From: Nitrospinales bacterium
GTDB taxonomy: Bacteria > Nitrospinota > Nitrospinia > Nitrospinales > VA-1
Length of the DNA stretch: 64,000 bases
Direction: 5' to 3'
Assembly (NCBI GenBank): GCA_965223345.1
Contig: CBDCWG010000007.1
Coordinates: 192,001 to 256,000, forward strand
Part shown: positions 20,001 to 29,974 of the stretch, piece after piece
Numbering within the stretch: position 1 is the stretch's first letter
How the letters are laid out: each line of letters begins with the position of its first letter
The notes under the pieces: generated by a model
Database searches by the model: none
Seen by the model: the letters and a program-made list of their open reading frames with translations, nothing else
What the model was told of the DNA's origin: nothing
Program-made: the position numbers and the translations under genes

Positions 20001-20270
20001 TCACTGAATGTATTCCGGAAAATTCATCAGGATTTTCGATGTGAAGTTGAGCATGATCTGCAACAGCCAGGGGAAAAACAGCACCATCGCCAGAAACACC
20101 GCCAGGATCTTGGGGATGAAGGTCAGCGTCAGTTCCTGGATGGAGGTGACGGCCTGGAATATGGAGACCGCAAGTCCCGTGACCAGCCCGAAACCCAGCA
20201 TGGGCGCGGAAACCAGCAGCGCCGTTTTCATGCTCTCCATTGCGAAATCGATGATGAAGGTCTGGGTCAT
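20001..20270 (-). CDS. fliQ: Flagellar export protein FliQ
   Basis: SIFQAVTSIQELTLTFIPKI. Confidence 0.96.
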   Translation of the reverse strand: MTQTFIIDFAMESMKTALLVSAPMLGFGLVTGLAVSIFQAVTSIQELTLTFIPKILAVFLAMVLFFPWLLQIMLNFTSKILMNFPEYIQ

Positions 20271-20281
20271 GGTCGTTTCCT

Positions 20282-21046
20282 TCAGCTGAAGCTTTTCATC
20301 AGGGAGCCCACCGTCAGATACCAGCCGTCCACCATCACGAACAGCATGAGCTTGAACGGCAGCGAGATCAACACGGGCGGCAGCATCATCATGCCCATCG
20401 AAAGCAGGATGCTCGCGACCACCATATCGAGGATGAGGAACGGAATGTAGATCAGAAAACCGATCTGGAACGCGGTCTTGAGTTCGCTGATGATGAACGC
20501 CGGGATCAGGGTGCGCATGTCGATCTGTTCCGGGGCCTCGGGTCTGACCCCGTCCGTCAGATTGACGAACAGGGACAGGTCCTTCTCGCGCGTCTGCCGC
20601 ATCATGAAGCGCTTGAGGGGGATCTCGGCCTGCTTGAGGGCGTCGATCTGCGTCAATTCCTCGGCGAGATACGGCTGCAGGGCTTTGTCATTGACTTCCG
20701 ACCAGATCGGCCCCATGACAAACAGCGTCAGAAACAGGCCCAGGCCGATCAGCACCTGGGTGGGCGGCGTCTGCTGGGTGCCCATGGCCTGACGCAGAAA
20801 GGACAGCACGATGATGATCCGGGAAAACGAGGTGGTCATGATGAGAATCGAAGGGGCCAGCGCCAGCACGGTGAGCAGCATGAGAATCTGCAGGGCGCTG
20901 GAAACCTTCTCCGGCTCGTCCACATCGTCGATGCCCACCTGAAAGGTCGGGAACGGAATGGCGGCGCTTTCGGAGGCGCAGAAAAACAGCGCGCAGAACA
21001 GAACGGCCGCGAATCCGATACACTTCCATTTCTTTCCGTTTTTCAT
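20282..21046 (-). CDS. fliP: Flagellar export protein FliP
   Basis: TSFSRIIIVLSFLRQAMGTQQTPP, ELKTAFQIGF, LPFKLMLFVMVDGW. Confidence 0.97.
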   Translation of the reverse strand: MKNGKKWKCIGFAAVLFCALFFCASESAAIPFPTFQVGIDDVDEPEKVSSALQILMLLTVLALAPSILIMTTSFSRIIIVLSFLRQAMGTQQTPPTQVLIGLGLFLTLFVMGPIWSEVNDKALQPYLAEELTQIDALKQAEIPLKRFMMRQTREKDLSLFVNLTDGVRPEAPEQIDMRTLIPAFIISELKTAFQIGFLIYIPFLILDMVVASILLSMGMMMLPPVLISLPFKLMLFVMVDGWYLTVGSLMKSFS

Positions 21047-22197
21047 AGGGACCGGAGTTTTCCCAGGTTCTTCCGGATCTTTTCGGTGACCTCGTCCACA
21101 GATCGTTCCTTGCTGGAACGGCCGTCGGAATACTGTTCCAGGTACTGCGCGAACCCACTGGCCGGCGTGGCGTCGGGCAGCGCCCGGTTCGGCCTGGCCG
21201 CTTTTTCCGGCCGGCCCTTTTCTTTCACCGCGGCAGGTTTGTTTCTTTTCTCGCTGAACGCGCGGATTTTCTCGATCCGTTCCTCATCGCGGATGTTCGA
21301 CAGCAGCGAGATGTTGTCGTTGGAGATGCCCAGAACCAGCACTTCGTCGGCGACCTCGACCAGGGCGATGCTTTTTTTCGGGCCGAGAAACCCGGTTCCC
21401 AGCACGCGCACCAGTTTGTCGTTGCCGCCGAACAGGGTGTTTTTGAGCACGAATTTCTTGAACACGTAAAACAGCACGAACATGATGCCGAGAACCAGAG
21501 AGAGCATGGTGAGCATGCGCACGGCGGCGGGAAGCGGATCGAGCACGCCCTCGCCGTCGCTCTCAACCGCCTGCTGCACGGGAATCGCCTGCTGGATCGG
21601 CCGGGCGGTCTCTTTTTCCGGCGGCAGCGGCACCGGATTGTTCAGACTGGCGACGCGCACCGGCTTCGCGGGGGTGCTGCGGGGTGTTTTTCGGGCCACC
21701 GGCTTTTTGGTGGCCACAGGCTTCGATTCACCGGGGGCCTCCCATTTTTCCGCTGCCTGCGCCAGCAGGCGGTCGAGCACTTCCGCATCGTCGTCGGCCA
21801 CGCGCACGGTGAGCGTCTTGCCGCGTTTGGCGATGTTGAAGTTCTCGCTGAGTCCGGGAAGCTTTTCCCCCAGCACGAACTGCACGCGCAGGGTCTTGCT
21901 GTTGATCTGGGTCACGGCGATCTGCGGGATGCGGCTGTCTTTGGTGTAAAAATAGCGCTTGGGAAGCCGGATGCGCGCATCGGGCAGGTCCATCTGCACG
22001 GATTTGTTGAGAAACACCGGCGCGTCGAACCGGGTCACCGGGCGTTTGAACTGGAAACGGATGTTCAAAATCCCGTCTTCCCGCTCGGCCACCACCTCCT
22101 GCAAAAAGTTTCGCGGCACGGACTGGGCGAAAGCTCCTTCCGTGCTTATAAAAACGGCGGCGCACAATCCTGAAAGTATGTAGAGTTTCCACTTCAT
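21043..22197 (-). CDS. fliO: FliO with a large N-terminal periplasmic extension
   Basis: C-terminal TM plus LGPKKSIALVEVADEVLVLGISNDNISLL; lies directly upstream of fliP. Confidence 0.85.
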   Translation of the reverse strand: MKWKLYILSGLCAAVFISTEGAFAQSVPRNFLQEVVAEREDGILNIRFQFKRPVTRFDAPVFLNKSVQMDLPDARIRLPKRYFYTKDSRIPQIAVTQINSKTLRVQFVLGEKLPGLSENFNIAKRGKTLTVRVADDDAEVLDRLLAQAAEKWEAPGESKPVATKKPVARKTPRSTPAKPVRVASLNNPVPLPPEKETARPIQQAIPVQQAVESDGEGVLDPLPAAVRMLTMLSLVLGIMFVLFYVFKKFVLKNTLFGGNDKLVRVLGTGFLGPKKSIALVEVADEVLVLGISNDNISLLSNIRDEERIEKIRAFSEKRNKPAAVKEKGRPEKAARPNRALPDATPASGFAQYLEQYSDGRSSKERSVDEVTEKIRKNLGKLRSL

Positions 22198-22270
22198 GGC
22201 AAGAACGGCTCGTCGATGGGGATGGACAGGGTGTCAAAAAATACGGCAATGCTCACTGAAATTGTTTAAA

Positions 22271-22286
22271 TGCAAGGCCTATACCG
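22271..22286 (-). promoter_or_regulatory. Putative sigma54 -24/-12 promoter for fliO-fliPQR
   Basis: Minus strand CGGTATAGGCCTTGCA (GG-N10-GC) about 75 nt upstream of fliO. Confidence 0.55.
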
Positions 22287-22560
22287 ATAAGCGGCCCGGG
22301 CGGGGGAAAGATCGGATCGAAGCGGGTGGGGTATTTTTCCCGCTTAGTTTTCAGTGGGTTCAATTGGAGCCGGCTGGAAAAAAATATTTTTGCGCGGGGA
22401 TATTTCGGTTTTTTTGACGGGGAACGTCAGCGGGAAGACGACAAATTTCCTGCACTCCCGGGCGGAATGCAAGCGGGTGCCTGCAGGCCCTGTTTGCGAG
22501 CGCAGGTGGCGATGAGGCCAAAACGGGGAATGGGAGAAAGCCTGCGATTCTAAAGGAGAA

Positions 22561-22938
22561 TCAGCCTAAGGACTGCACGCGTTCCATGGGCGAGACGATG
22601 TCCGTCAGGCGGACGCCGAATTTTTCGTTGACCACCACCACTTCGCCGCGGGCCACCAGTTTCTGGTTCACCAGCACTTCCAGGGGTTCTCCCACCAGTT
22701 TGGTCAACTCCACGACGGAACCCTGGCCCAGCTGCAACAAATCGTTGATCAGCATTTTCGTGCGGCCGAGCTCCACGGTGACCGTGAGGGGGATGTCGAG
22801 GATGAGATCCAGACTCCGGTTGTCAGCGGGAGCCTGTTCGCCTTCGGATTCCTCTTCGGCCGCCGCCTCCTGCTCGGTAGCGGTGTCTTCGGCGTTCTCC
22901 GCTGCGCCCGCTTCTTCTGTGCCTGCCTCTTCCGCCAT
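22561..22938 (-). CDS. fliN: Flagellar switch protein FliN
   Basis: LILDIPLTVTVELGRT, ARGEVVVVNEKFGVR. Confidence 0.96.
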   Translation of the reverse strand: MAEEAGTEEAGAAENAEDTATEQEAAAEEESEGEQAPADNRSLDLILDIPLTVTVELGRTKMLINDLLQLGQGSVVELTKLVGEPLEVLVNQKLVARGEVVVVNEKFGVRLTDIVSPMERVQSLG

Positions 22939-22942
22939 GAGA

Positions 22943-23923
22943 TCACCTCTCCCTTGGAATGATTTGATCGATTTGGATGGCCTTGGATCCTTTGGAAACG
23001 CCGGGGAATCCTCTGAACTTGGGAATGCCCTCGATCTTGAGCGTCATCGGCTGGGACACGTCGTTGCCCAGCATGAGCGTGTCCCCGGTCTTGAACTTGA
23101 GCAGCTCCGCCGGCGTGATTTCCGTCCTGCCCAGCTCCACCACCCCTTGCACTTCGGTCTGCATCAATTCGGAGCGCAGCCTGCGCAGCCAGCCCTGATC
23201 GACCTCCATCTCCTCGCTCTGAAACTGCGCCTTGAGCTTGGGCATGATGGGCTCGATGGCGGCGAACGGCAGGCAGATCGTCAGGGTGCCGGAAATGGTT
23301 TCCAGTTCGATGTCGAACAGCAGCACCAGCACGACGTCGGTCGGCGGCACGATGGCGGCGAACTGCGGGTTCACTTCCGAACGGACGTAATTGGTGGTGA
23401 CCGCGTGCACCGGCTTCCAGGCTTTTTCCAAATCCTCCAGCGCATTCAGGACGACGTTTTTGATCATGCGGATTTCGATGGAACTGAAATCCCGGCCGGT
23501 GATTTTCGCTTCCATGGAGCCGGTGCCGCCGAAAAAAGTATCGACCACGGCGAACACGAGCTTGCTTTCGACCACCATCAACCCGTGCCCGCGAAACGGT
23601 TCCATCCGGAAGATGTGCAGGCTGGAGGGGACCGGCAAAGAACGCAGAAAATCGCCGAACTTGATGGTGTCTGTGGAAACGATGCTGACGTCCACGGACT
23701 TGTGCATCATCCCGGCGAAGGTGCCGCGAAACAGACGCGAGAACATCTGGTTGATGATGTCGAGTGTGGGAAGCCGCCCGCGGATGATCTTTTCCTGGCT
23801 GGTCAGGTCGTAGGGCACGACGCCGGAAACCTCTTCCGGCTGATCGGTTTCGGTTTCAACGTCCCCTTCGCCGACGCCTCTCAGTAGGGCGTCAACTTCA
23901 CCTTGTGAGAGTACCTCGCTCAT
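22943..23923 (-). CDS. fliM: Flagellar switch protein FliM
   Basis: LSQGEVDALL CheY-binding peptide, SEVNPQFA. Confidence 0.96.
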   Translation of the reverse strand: MSEVLSQGEVDALLRGVGEGDVETETDQPEEVSGVVPYDLTSQEKIIRGRLPTLDIINQMFSRLFRGTFAGMMHKSVDVSIVSTDTIKFGDFLRSLPVPSSLHIFRMEPFRGHGLMVVESKLVFAVVDTFFGGTGSMEAKITGRDFSSIEIRMIKNVVLNALEDLEKAWKPVHAVTTNYVRSEVNPQFAAIVPPTDVVLVLLFDIELETISGTLTICLPFAAIEPIMPKLKAQFQSEEMEVDQGWLRRLRSELMQTEVQGVVELGRTEITPAELLKFKTGDTLMLGNDVSQPMTLKIEGIPKFRGFPGVSKGSKAIQIDQIIPRER

Positions 23924-24013
23924 ACTCGGCTCGATCCCCGCTCAAACTTCGTTTGCAATGCAATGCCGCTTCGCGTTCGCGCGTTGCAGTACGACCTGAG
24001 GATGCTCATTGTA

Positions 24014-24532
24014 TCACTGAATGATGAATTCGGTGAAATAAGCGTCCTTGATGTGGCCCCGCACCAGAAACCGGTTGACCCGGGTTGCGATTTCATCCTT
24101 CAGCTTGAATTTTCCCTGGACGGAGTATACATCCTCAAAGGTTTTGCTGCTCAACAAAACGAGGATGGAGTCGGTGATTTTCTGCAGGTTTTCCTTGATC
24201 TCGGCGTGCACCTCCGGAGCGCTGAGCTCCAGCGAAACGGTCACTTTGAGAAAACGTTTTCCTTTGCTGTCCGCAAGGTTGACGATGAACGGATCGAGCG
24301 GGAACATGACTCCGAGATCCGGCGCGGTTTCCGGTTCCGCCACATTTTCCTCAGTCGTTTCCTCCGATTCGGCGTCCTTTTTAAAATACTTGGTGTAAGC
24401 GAAAAAACCGCCGCCGCCGAGTGCCAGAAGAACGATCAGAAGGATGAGAATGAACTTGAAGGACGATTTTTTTTCCGGAGCCGAAAGTTCCGCCTCACCT
24501 TCTTCCAGAGCATTATCCTGTTCTTCGGCCAT
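24014..24532 (-). CDS. fliL: Flagellar basal-body protein FliL
   Basis: Single TM, PFIVNL, YFTEFIIQ C-terminus. Confidence 0.94.
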   Translation of the reverse strand: MAEEQDNALEEGEAELSAPEKKSSFKFILILLIVLLALGGGGFFAYTKYFKKDAESEETTEENVAEPETAPDLGVMFPLDPFIVNLADSKGKRFLKVTVSLELSAPEVHAEIKENLQKITDSILVLLSSKTFEDVYSVQGKFKLKDEIATRVNRFLVRGHIKDAYFTEFIIQ

Positions 24533-24662
24533 TCATCTCTCCCTCGTTGCAAACAGTGGGACCCGGACTTTCTGTTTCGCAAGCCCCGTTCGGCAACGGT
24601 CGTTTGCTGCGGCGCATCCGAAACGGCGTCGCCGTTTCGGATTTTCTGCAAAAGATTAAAAA

Positions 24663-24679
24663 AGCAAGGAGTGTGCCAA
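24663..24679 (-). promoter_or_regulatory. sigma54 promoter for fliLMN
   Basis: Minus strand TTGGCACACTCCTTGCT matches the TGGCAC-N5-TTGCW consensus. Confidence 0.8.
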
Positions 24680-25050
24680 CGCTCGCCAGGCGGGAAAACA
24701 CATACCAAGACAAGAAATATCAAGTGATTAGCTTTGTCCCGATGCGGGCGTCGTCTGTCCGGCACTGCCGGATTGGATGCAGGAAGTCATTATTTTGACG
24801 AGACGGCTCAAAAGCCCCCCTCCCCGCTTGCGCATTACCCGTCATTTTGTATTCGGACGACTGTGCCGATTCCTAAACCGGTTTGTTCAATTATGTCGCA
24901 CTGTTTCGATGCGGCTGCCCGGTTTCAAAGCACAAATCCGGATTGCGCCCTTTTGCGGATTTTCACCCGCCCGGCGCCACTTCCGCCCTATCCAATTCTA
25001 ATATTTGGAGTTATTCGCACACCGCTGGTTGCGCCGCCGGAACGGTCGGA

Positions 25051-25067
25051 CTGGTACAAGAATTGAA
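25051..25067 (+). promoter_or_regulatory. Possible variant sigma54 promoter for amtB
   Basis: CTGGTACAAGAATTGAA, with GA instead of GC at -12. Confidence 0.4.
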
Positions 25068-25194
25068 ATCTCCTTTCTCGATGATGAGGCGGGGTGTATC
25101 CGATTTGCGGCTGCCCTTCCGGGAGGTGCGTGCGGTGAAACCACTCCTCAAGGTCCCTGGAATCGTAATCTGTTCAGTAAGGAGGCTGTGTTCG

Positions 25195-26490
25195 ATGAAA
25201 ATTGCCAAACGGGTGCTGTGGATGGCGTTTTGTTTTTCGTTTTTCCTGATTCTGTTTCCTCTCTCTCAGGCCGGTGCGGAAGAAGCGGCCACAATCAGTT
25301 ACGCAGACACAGCCTGGATCCTTATCTCCGCGGCCCTGGTCATGCTCATGCTTCCCGGCCTGGCGCTTTTTTACGGCGGCATGGTGCGGCGCAAGAACGT
25401 CCTGGGCACGCTGATGCACAGCTTCGTTCCACTGGGCGTCATCACGGTGCAGTGGATCGTCATCGGCTACACGCTGTCCTTCGGGGAGGACATCGGCAAG
25501 TTTGTGGGCGGACTCGACAAAGCCTTCCTCGCCGGCATCTCGTTCAAGGATCTCAACGGCACCATCCCGGAATATCTGTTCTGCATGTTCCAGTTGATGT
25601 TCGCGATCATCACCGCCGCGCTGATCAGCGGCGGCATGGCGGAGCGGGTCAAGTTCAAGGCCTACCTGGTCTTCATCCTGATCTGGTCCACCCTGGTTTA
25701 CGATCCGATCTGCCACTGGGTCTGGGGCGGCGGCTGGCTCGCCGAACTGGGAGCCCTGGATTTTGCCGGCGGCACGGTGGTCCACATTTCCTCCGGCGTC
25801 GCGGCGCTGGCGGCGGCGCTGATCCTGAAAAAACGGCGCGGGTTTCCGGGCACGCTCATGATTCCCCACAGCCTGCCGCTAACGCTTCTGGGGGCCGGGT
25901 TGTTGTGGTTCGGCTGGTTCGGGTTCAACGCGGGTAGCGCCCTGGCCGCAGATGAGATGGCGGTCCTCGCCTTCACCAACACGCAGGTGGCGACGGGAGC
26001 CGGCCTTCTGGGCTGGGTGTGCATGGAGATCGTCAAAATGGGCAAAGCCAGCGCACTGGGCGCCGCGTCTGGAATCGTGGCGGGTCTGGTGGCGATCACG
26101 CCGGCGGCGGGTTTTGTGGAACCGCTGTGGGCGCTGGTGATCGGTTTTGCTGCCGGGATGATCTGCTACGCGGCGGTGGTGATGAAGATCCGCGTGGGCT
26201 ACGACGATTCGCTGGATGTGTTCGGGATTCACGCGGTCGGCGGCGCCTGGGGCGCCCTGGCGACCGGCCTGTTCGTCACGGTGGGCGGCACGGGTCTGCT
26301 GGCGGGCAACCTGAAACAGGTGGGGATCCAGCTCGTCGGCATCGGCGCGGCAGCGGCGTATTCGTTTGCGGTGACGTATGGAATCGTCGTGGCGATCGAC
26401 AAGACCATCGGATTTAGGGTCGATGACGAAGACGAGGAAATGGGTCTGGACACCACGCAGCACGGAGAAACGGGTTACAACCTGGTCTGA
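25195..26490 (+). CDS. amtB: Ammonium transporter
   Basis: RBS AAGGAGG then ATG 25195; PGLALFYGG, FQLMFA, DFAGGTVVH, WFGWFGFN, DDSLDVFGIH (twin His intact). Confidence 0.96.
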   Translation: MKIAKRVLWMAFCFSFFLILFPLSQAGAEEAATISYADTAWILISAALVMLMLPGLALFYGGMVRRKNVLGTLMHSFVPLGVITVQWIVIGYTLSFGEDIGKFVGGLDKAFLAGISFKDLNGTIPEYLFCMFQLMFAIITAALISGGMAERVKFKAYLVFILIWSTLVYDPICHWVWGGGWLAELGALDFAGGTVVHISSGVAALAAALILKKRRGFPGTLMIPHSLPLTLLGAGLLWFGWFGFNAGSALAADEMAVLAFTNTQVATGAGLLGWVCMEIVKMGKASALGAASGIVAGLVAITPAAGFVEPLWALVIGFAAGMICYAAVVMKIRVGYDDSLDVFGIHAVGGAWGALATGLFVTVGGTGLLAGNLKQVGIQLVGIGAAAAYSFAVTYGIVVAIDKTIGFRVDDEDEEMGLDTTQHGETGYNLV

Positions 26491-26581
26491 GCGGACGGGT
26501 CCGGCTTCATCGACTGGAGCCCCCGTTCACATCGCTCAACGGATGCACCGAAATAATTTTTTCGGTGTAGCGATTTTTTGA

Positions 26582-26610
26582 TTGACTTTTCGATGCTTAA
26601 AAAATATGGT
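26582..26610 (+). promoter_or_regulatory. Putative sigma70 promoter of the porin gene
   Basis: TTGACT-N17-TATGGT. Confidence 0.45.
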
Positions 26611-26720
26611 TCCCCTACGGTGGCCGGGTTCCGATAAGCATGAAAAAGTTTTTTTAAACGGATCCGGCCGGTGGTTGCTACGCGAAGGGCCGGAGACTCT
26701 TGGAGGGGAGGTATCGTACC

Positions 26721-27863
26721 ATGCGTAATCGTAGAATCGTTGTGCTCGCGCTGACATTTTTTCTCGCCGGCGGCGGGCTGGCCCGGGCGGATGGGGTCCT
26801 GAAAGTTCTAGAGGATATCGAAATCCACGGTTTCGTGTCCTCCTCCTACACGTTCAACTTCAACGAACCCACACGGCAGGCGCCCAATTCGGCGACCAAC
26901 ATCAACCGGATCTTCGACAAGGACCACAACAGCTTCAAGTTCGACGTGGCGGAGCTGGTGCTCCTGAAAGAAACGCCCAATCGGGGCGACGTCGGATTCC
27001 GCACCGACCTCAACTACGGCTTCAGCATCCCGGAAGTCACGCAATCCACCCCCGGCCCCGGCGACACGCAAAACAGCGAGTTCGACCTGCAGCAGGGCTA
27101 CGTGTCCTGGAACGCCCCGGTGGGCAAGGGGCTGCAGCTGGATTTCGGTAAGTTCATCACGCATGTCGGCGCCGAGGTGATCGAAGGCTACGACGGCTGG
27201 AACTACAACTTCTCCCGGTCTTTTCTGTTCGGCCTCGCCATTCCGTTCACCCACACGGGTCTCCGGGCGGGATACGAGATCAACGACAAGGTCAGCGTGA
27301 TGGGCATGATCGCCAACGGCTGGGACAACACCACCGACAACAACAGCGGCAAGACCTTCGGGACGCAGATCGCCTACACGCCCAACAGCAACATCGGCCT
27401 GCTGCTCAACTGGGTGGTCGGCCCGGAATCGGCCAACTCCAACGACCTGCAGCAGGTGTTCGACGTGGTGCTGGATATCGGCATCACCGACGACACGCTT
27501 TTGCAGCTCAACTTCGATTACGGCATCACCGACAATGCAGATGCGGACGGCAGCAACGCGGAATGGTGGGGCGTCGCGGGCATCGTTCGGCACGATTACA
27601 ACAAATGGTTTTCCATCAATCTGCGCGGCGAGTATTTTGACGATGTGGACGGCACCCGCGCCGGATCCGGCGGTGGAGCCCCGGCGGGACAGCAGTTGTG
27701 GGAGATCACCGTCACGCCTGAATTCCGCATCAACCAGAACCTGATCGTGCGGCTGGAGTACCGGCACGACCAATCGACCGCAGACGTCTTTTTCGATGAG
27801 AACCCTGGCACGTTTACGGACAGCCAGGACACGGTTGCTGTGAACGGGATTTTTTATTTCTGA
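26721..27863 (+). CDS. Outer-membrane beta-barrel porin (BBP2/OmpL-like)
   Basis: Signal peptide, GKFITHVGAEVI..NYNFSRSFLF...PFTHTG motif, C-terminal aromatic IFYF. Confidence 0.85.
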   Translation: MRNRRIVVLALTFFLAGGGLARADGVLKVLEDIEIHGFVSSSYTFNFNEPTRQAPNSATNINRIFDKDHNSFKFDVAELVLLKETPNRGDVGFRTDLNYGFSIPEVTQSTPGPGDTQNSEFDLQQGYVSWNAPVGKGLQLDFGKFITHVGAEVIEGYDGWNYNFSRSFLFGLAIPFTHTGLRAGYEINDKVSVMGMIANGWDNTTDNNSGKTFGTQIAYTPNSNIGLLLNWVVGPESANSNDLQQVFDVVLDIGITDDTLLQLNFDYGITDNADADGSNAEWWGVAGIVRHDYNKWFSINLRGEYFDDVDGTRAGSGGGAPAGQQLWEITVTPEFRINQNLIVRLEYRHDQSTADVFFDENPGTFTDSQDTVAVNGIFYF

Positions 27864-28086
27864 TTCCCTCCCTCCTCCAATGCACACGCCCGCCGGATTC
27901 CCAGCCGGTCGGCTTTGAGGAGCACATCATCGTTGTGTGTTTCGGGCCGGGCGTGGATGCGCCCGGCCACTTCCTTTTTGGGCCCCTTTTCGCCCCCAAC
28001 CGCGGCGGCGCGGCCCGGAAACCGGTTTCTTTCCCCCTCTGGAAGCGGTAAAATCATCCCTTTCTATCGACTCTCGATCCCAGACG

Positions 28087-28437
28087 GTGCTCACTCAAGA
28101 TCAAAACACCATCGTTTACCTGATGTTCTTAAACGGCATCCTGTTTCTCGGGCTGAACTTCATCGCCCATTCGCTGGTGTTTCCGGGGCCGAAAGGTTCG
28201 AAACGCATCGGCTACGTCCTCATCGTGGCGGCGGTTCTGGCGTTTGCGGTGCAGCAGGAATACCGCACGCTGCTGTCGCTCGATTTCCAGCCGGAGGACG
28301 GCCGGCAGATCCTGCTGTTCGGTTTTGCGCTGCCGGTATTTCTGGTCTCGATGGTGTATTATCGTGTAAAGCGAAACCACATGGAAAAAAAGGCCCTTAA
28401 AGACGCCCCCCCTCCCCGTTCCGATGAAACCGATTGA
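28087..28437 (+). CDS. Hypothetical three-TM membrane protein
   Basis: Three hydrophobic segments; overlaps the ltaE start; start codon estimated. Confidence 0.7.
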   Translation: MLTQDQNTIVYLMFLNGILFLGLNFIAHSLVFPGPKGSKRIGYVLIVAAVLAFAVQQEYRTLLSLDFQPEDGRQILLFGFALPVFLVSMVYYRVKRNHMEKKALKDAPPPRSDETD

Positions 28438-29458
28438 TCTGAGAAGCGACACGCTGACCCAACCCACAGATGCCATGCGCCAGGCGATGGCGAAAGCCCG
28501 TGTGGGCGACGACGTGTACCGGGAAGACCCCACGGTCATCGAACTGGAACGGGCGGCGGCGGAGAAGCTGGGAAAAGAGGCGGCGCTGTTCGTGCCCAGC
28601 GGCACGATGGGCAATCTGATCTCCCTCCTCACGCACTGCGGGCGCGGTGAGGAGGTGCTTCTGGGCGACCGCAGCCACATCTTCCTGAATGAAGTGGGAG
28701 GCCTCTCCGCGCTGGGAGGGATGGTCGTGCACCTCATCGCCAACGAAGAGGACGGCACCCTGCCTTTACCGGTTGTGGAAAAATCCATCCGTCACAAGGA
28801 GATCCACTACCCGCCCACGGGCCTGATCTGCCTGGAAAACACCCACAACTACTGCCACGGCTCTCCCCTTTCCCCGCAATACATGGATCGGGCGGGTAAC
28901 CTGGCAAAACGGCATGCGCTCAGGATTCACCTGGACGGCGCGCGGATTTTCAACGCTGCGGTGGCGTTACAGTGCGATGTGAAGGCGCTCACCCGACAGG
29001 CGGATTCGGTGATGTTCTGCCTGTCGAAGGGGCTTTCTGCGCCGGTGGGGTCGCTGGTAGCCGGCTCGGGCGAATTCATCGAGCGGGCGCGGAAAATGCG
29101 GAAAATGGTGGGCGGCGGGATGCGCCAGGCCGGTCATCTGGCCGCGGCCGGACTGGAGGCGCTGGAATGCGGGATCGACCGGCTGAAAGAGGACCACATT
29201 AACGCCGCCCGGCTGGCCCAAGGGCTCGCCGCTCTCAAAGGCGTCGCGATCGAGGTGAAAAATGTGCGGACCAACATCGTTTTTTTCGGTCTCGATCATC
29301 CCGAATGCAGCCCGGAGAAATTACAGAGCAAACTGGACGCCGCCGGCGTCCGCATCCTGATGACCGATCCCGGGGTGTTCCGGGCGGTTCTGCACCGGGA
29401 CATTTCCGCAGAGCAGGTGGAACAGGCGCTCACGGTCTTTCAATCGATCCTGGGCTGA
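28424..29458 (+). CDS. ltaE: Low-specificity L-threonine aldolase
   Basis: DLRSDT, GDDVYREDPT, PSGTMGN, LENTHN, HLDGAR, CLSKGL, GGGMRQ. Confidence 0.95.
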   Translation: MKPIDLRSDTLTQPTDAMRQAMAKARVGDDVYREDPTVIELERAAAEKLGKEAALFVPSGTMGNLISLLTHCGRGEEVLLGDRSHIFLNEVGGLSALGGMVVHLIANEEDGTLPLPVVEKSIRHKEIHYPPTGLICLENTHNYCHGSPLSPQYMDRAGNLAKRHALRIHLDGARIFNAAVALQCDVKALTRQADSVMFCLSKGLSAPVGSLVAGSGEFIERARKMRKMVGGGMRQAGHLAAAGLEALECGIDRLKEDHINAARLAQGLAALKGVAIEVKNVRTNIVFFGLDHPECSPEKLQSKLDAAGVRILMTDPGVFRAVLHRDISAEQVEQALTVFQSILG

Positions 29459-29480
29459 GGCAAGCTGTTGGACTTAGGGT

Positions 29481-29509
29481 TTGACACGGATTTGCGGAAA
29501 CATTAAAAT
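29481..29509 (+). promoter_or_regulatory. sigma70 promoter of rpoZ
   Basis: TTGACA-N17-TAAAAT. Confidence 0.7.
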
Positions 29510-29556
29510 GCAGGGTTCTGAAGGGACTGTAAACCTTTTGCCGTGAAGGGAACTCC

Positions 29557-29790
29557 ATGATCGTACAGGACAATATGGAACTGGCCAAAGAGGCCTTGGA
29601 CGTCGTCAAAAGCCGCTACCTTTTGTGCATCCTCGTGGCTCAGAGGATCCACCAGCTGGAAAAAGGCGCCCAGCCCACCATCGAAGTCGATCCCGAAGAG
29701 TTGGCCTCTCCGCGAGCGTTTTACGCCATCGCGCTCAGGGAAATCATCGAGGGCAACATGGATCTGGAACAGATCAGCGAAGAAGAATGA
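29557..29790 (+). CDS. rpoZ: RNA polymerase omega subunit
   Basis: SRYLLCILVAQRIHQL...IALREI pattern, 77 aa. Confidence 0.8.
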   Translation: MIVQDNMELAKEALDVVKSRYLLCILVAQRIHQLEKGAQPTIEVDPEELASPRAFYAIALREIIEGNMDLEQISEEE

Positions 29791-29910
29791 CCGCCCGCCC
29801 TTCCCCCCTCGTTTGACCCACTTATTCTTTTAAGCTTTTTCAGGCACACGCCCGCACAGGGTGGTATTTTTTCCTGTGCGGTTTTGCTTTTTTCCGGTCC
29901 GGAATCCAAT

Positions 29911-29943
29911 AAAAAAAGCCCGCCTCGATGAGGCGGGCTTTTC
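29911..29943. terminator. Bidirectional intrinsic terminator
   Basis: A7-GCCCGCCTC-GAT-GAGGCGGGC-T4 between convergent rpoZ and the cytochrome operon. Confidence 0.85.
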
Positions 29944-29974
29944 TGTTCAGCCTTTTAGCGAATCACAAACTCAC

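Noticed and set aside
24540..24660. c-di-GMP riboswitch upstream of fliL
   Set aside because: GCAAAC/GGGAC fragments lie on the wrong strand and the GEMM two-hairpin architecture is not evident
24883..25194. 104-aa N-terminal extension of AmtB in the ORF track
   Set aside because: A strong RBS and signal-like N-terminus support the ATG at 25195
26544..26569. NtrC binding site
   Set aside because: The TGCACC half-site is present but the spacing is much longer than the 17-bp NtrC box; kept only as an unspecified inverted repeat
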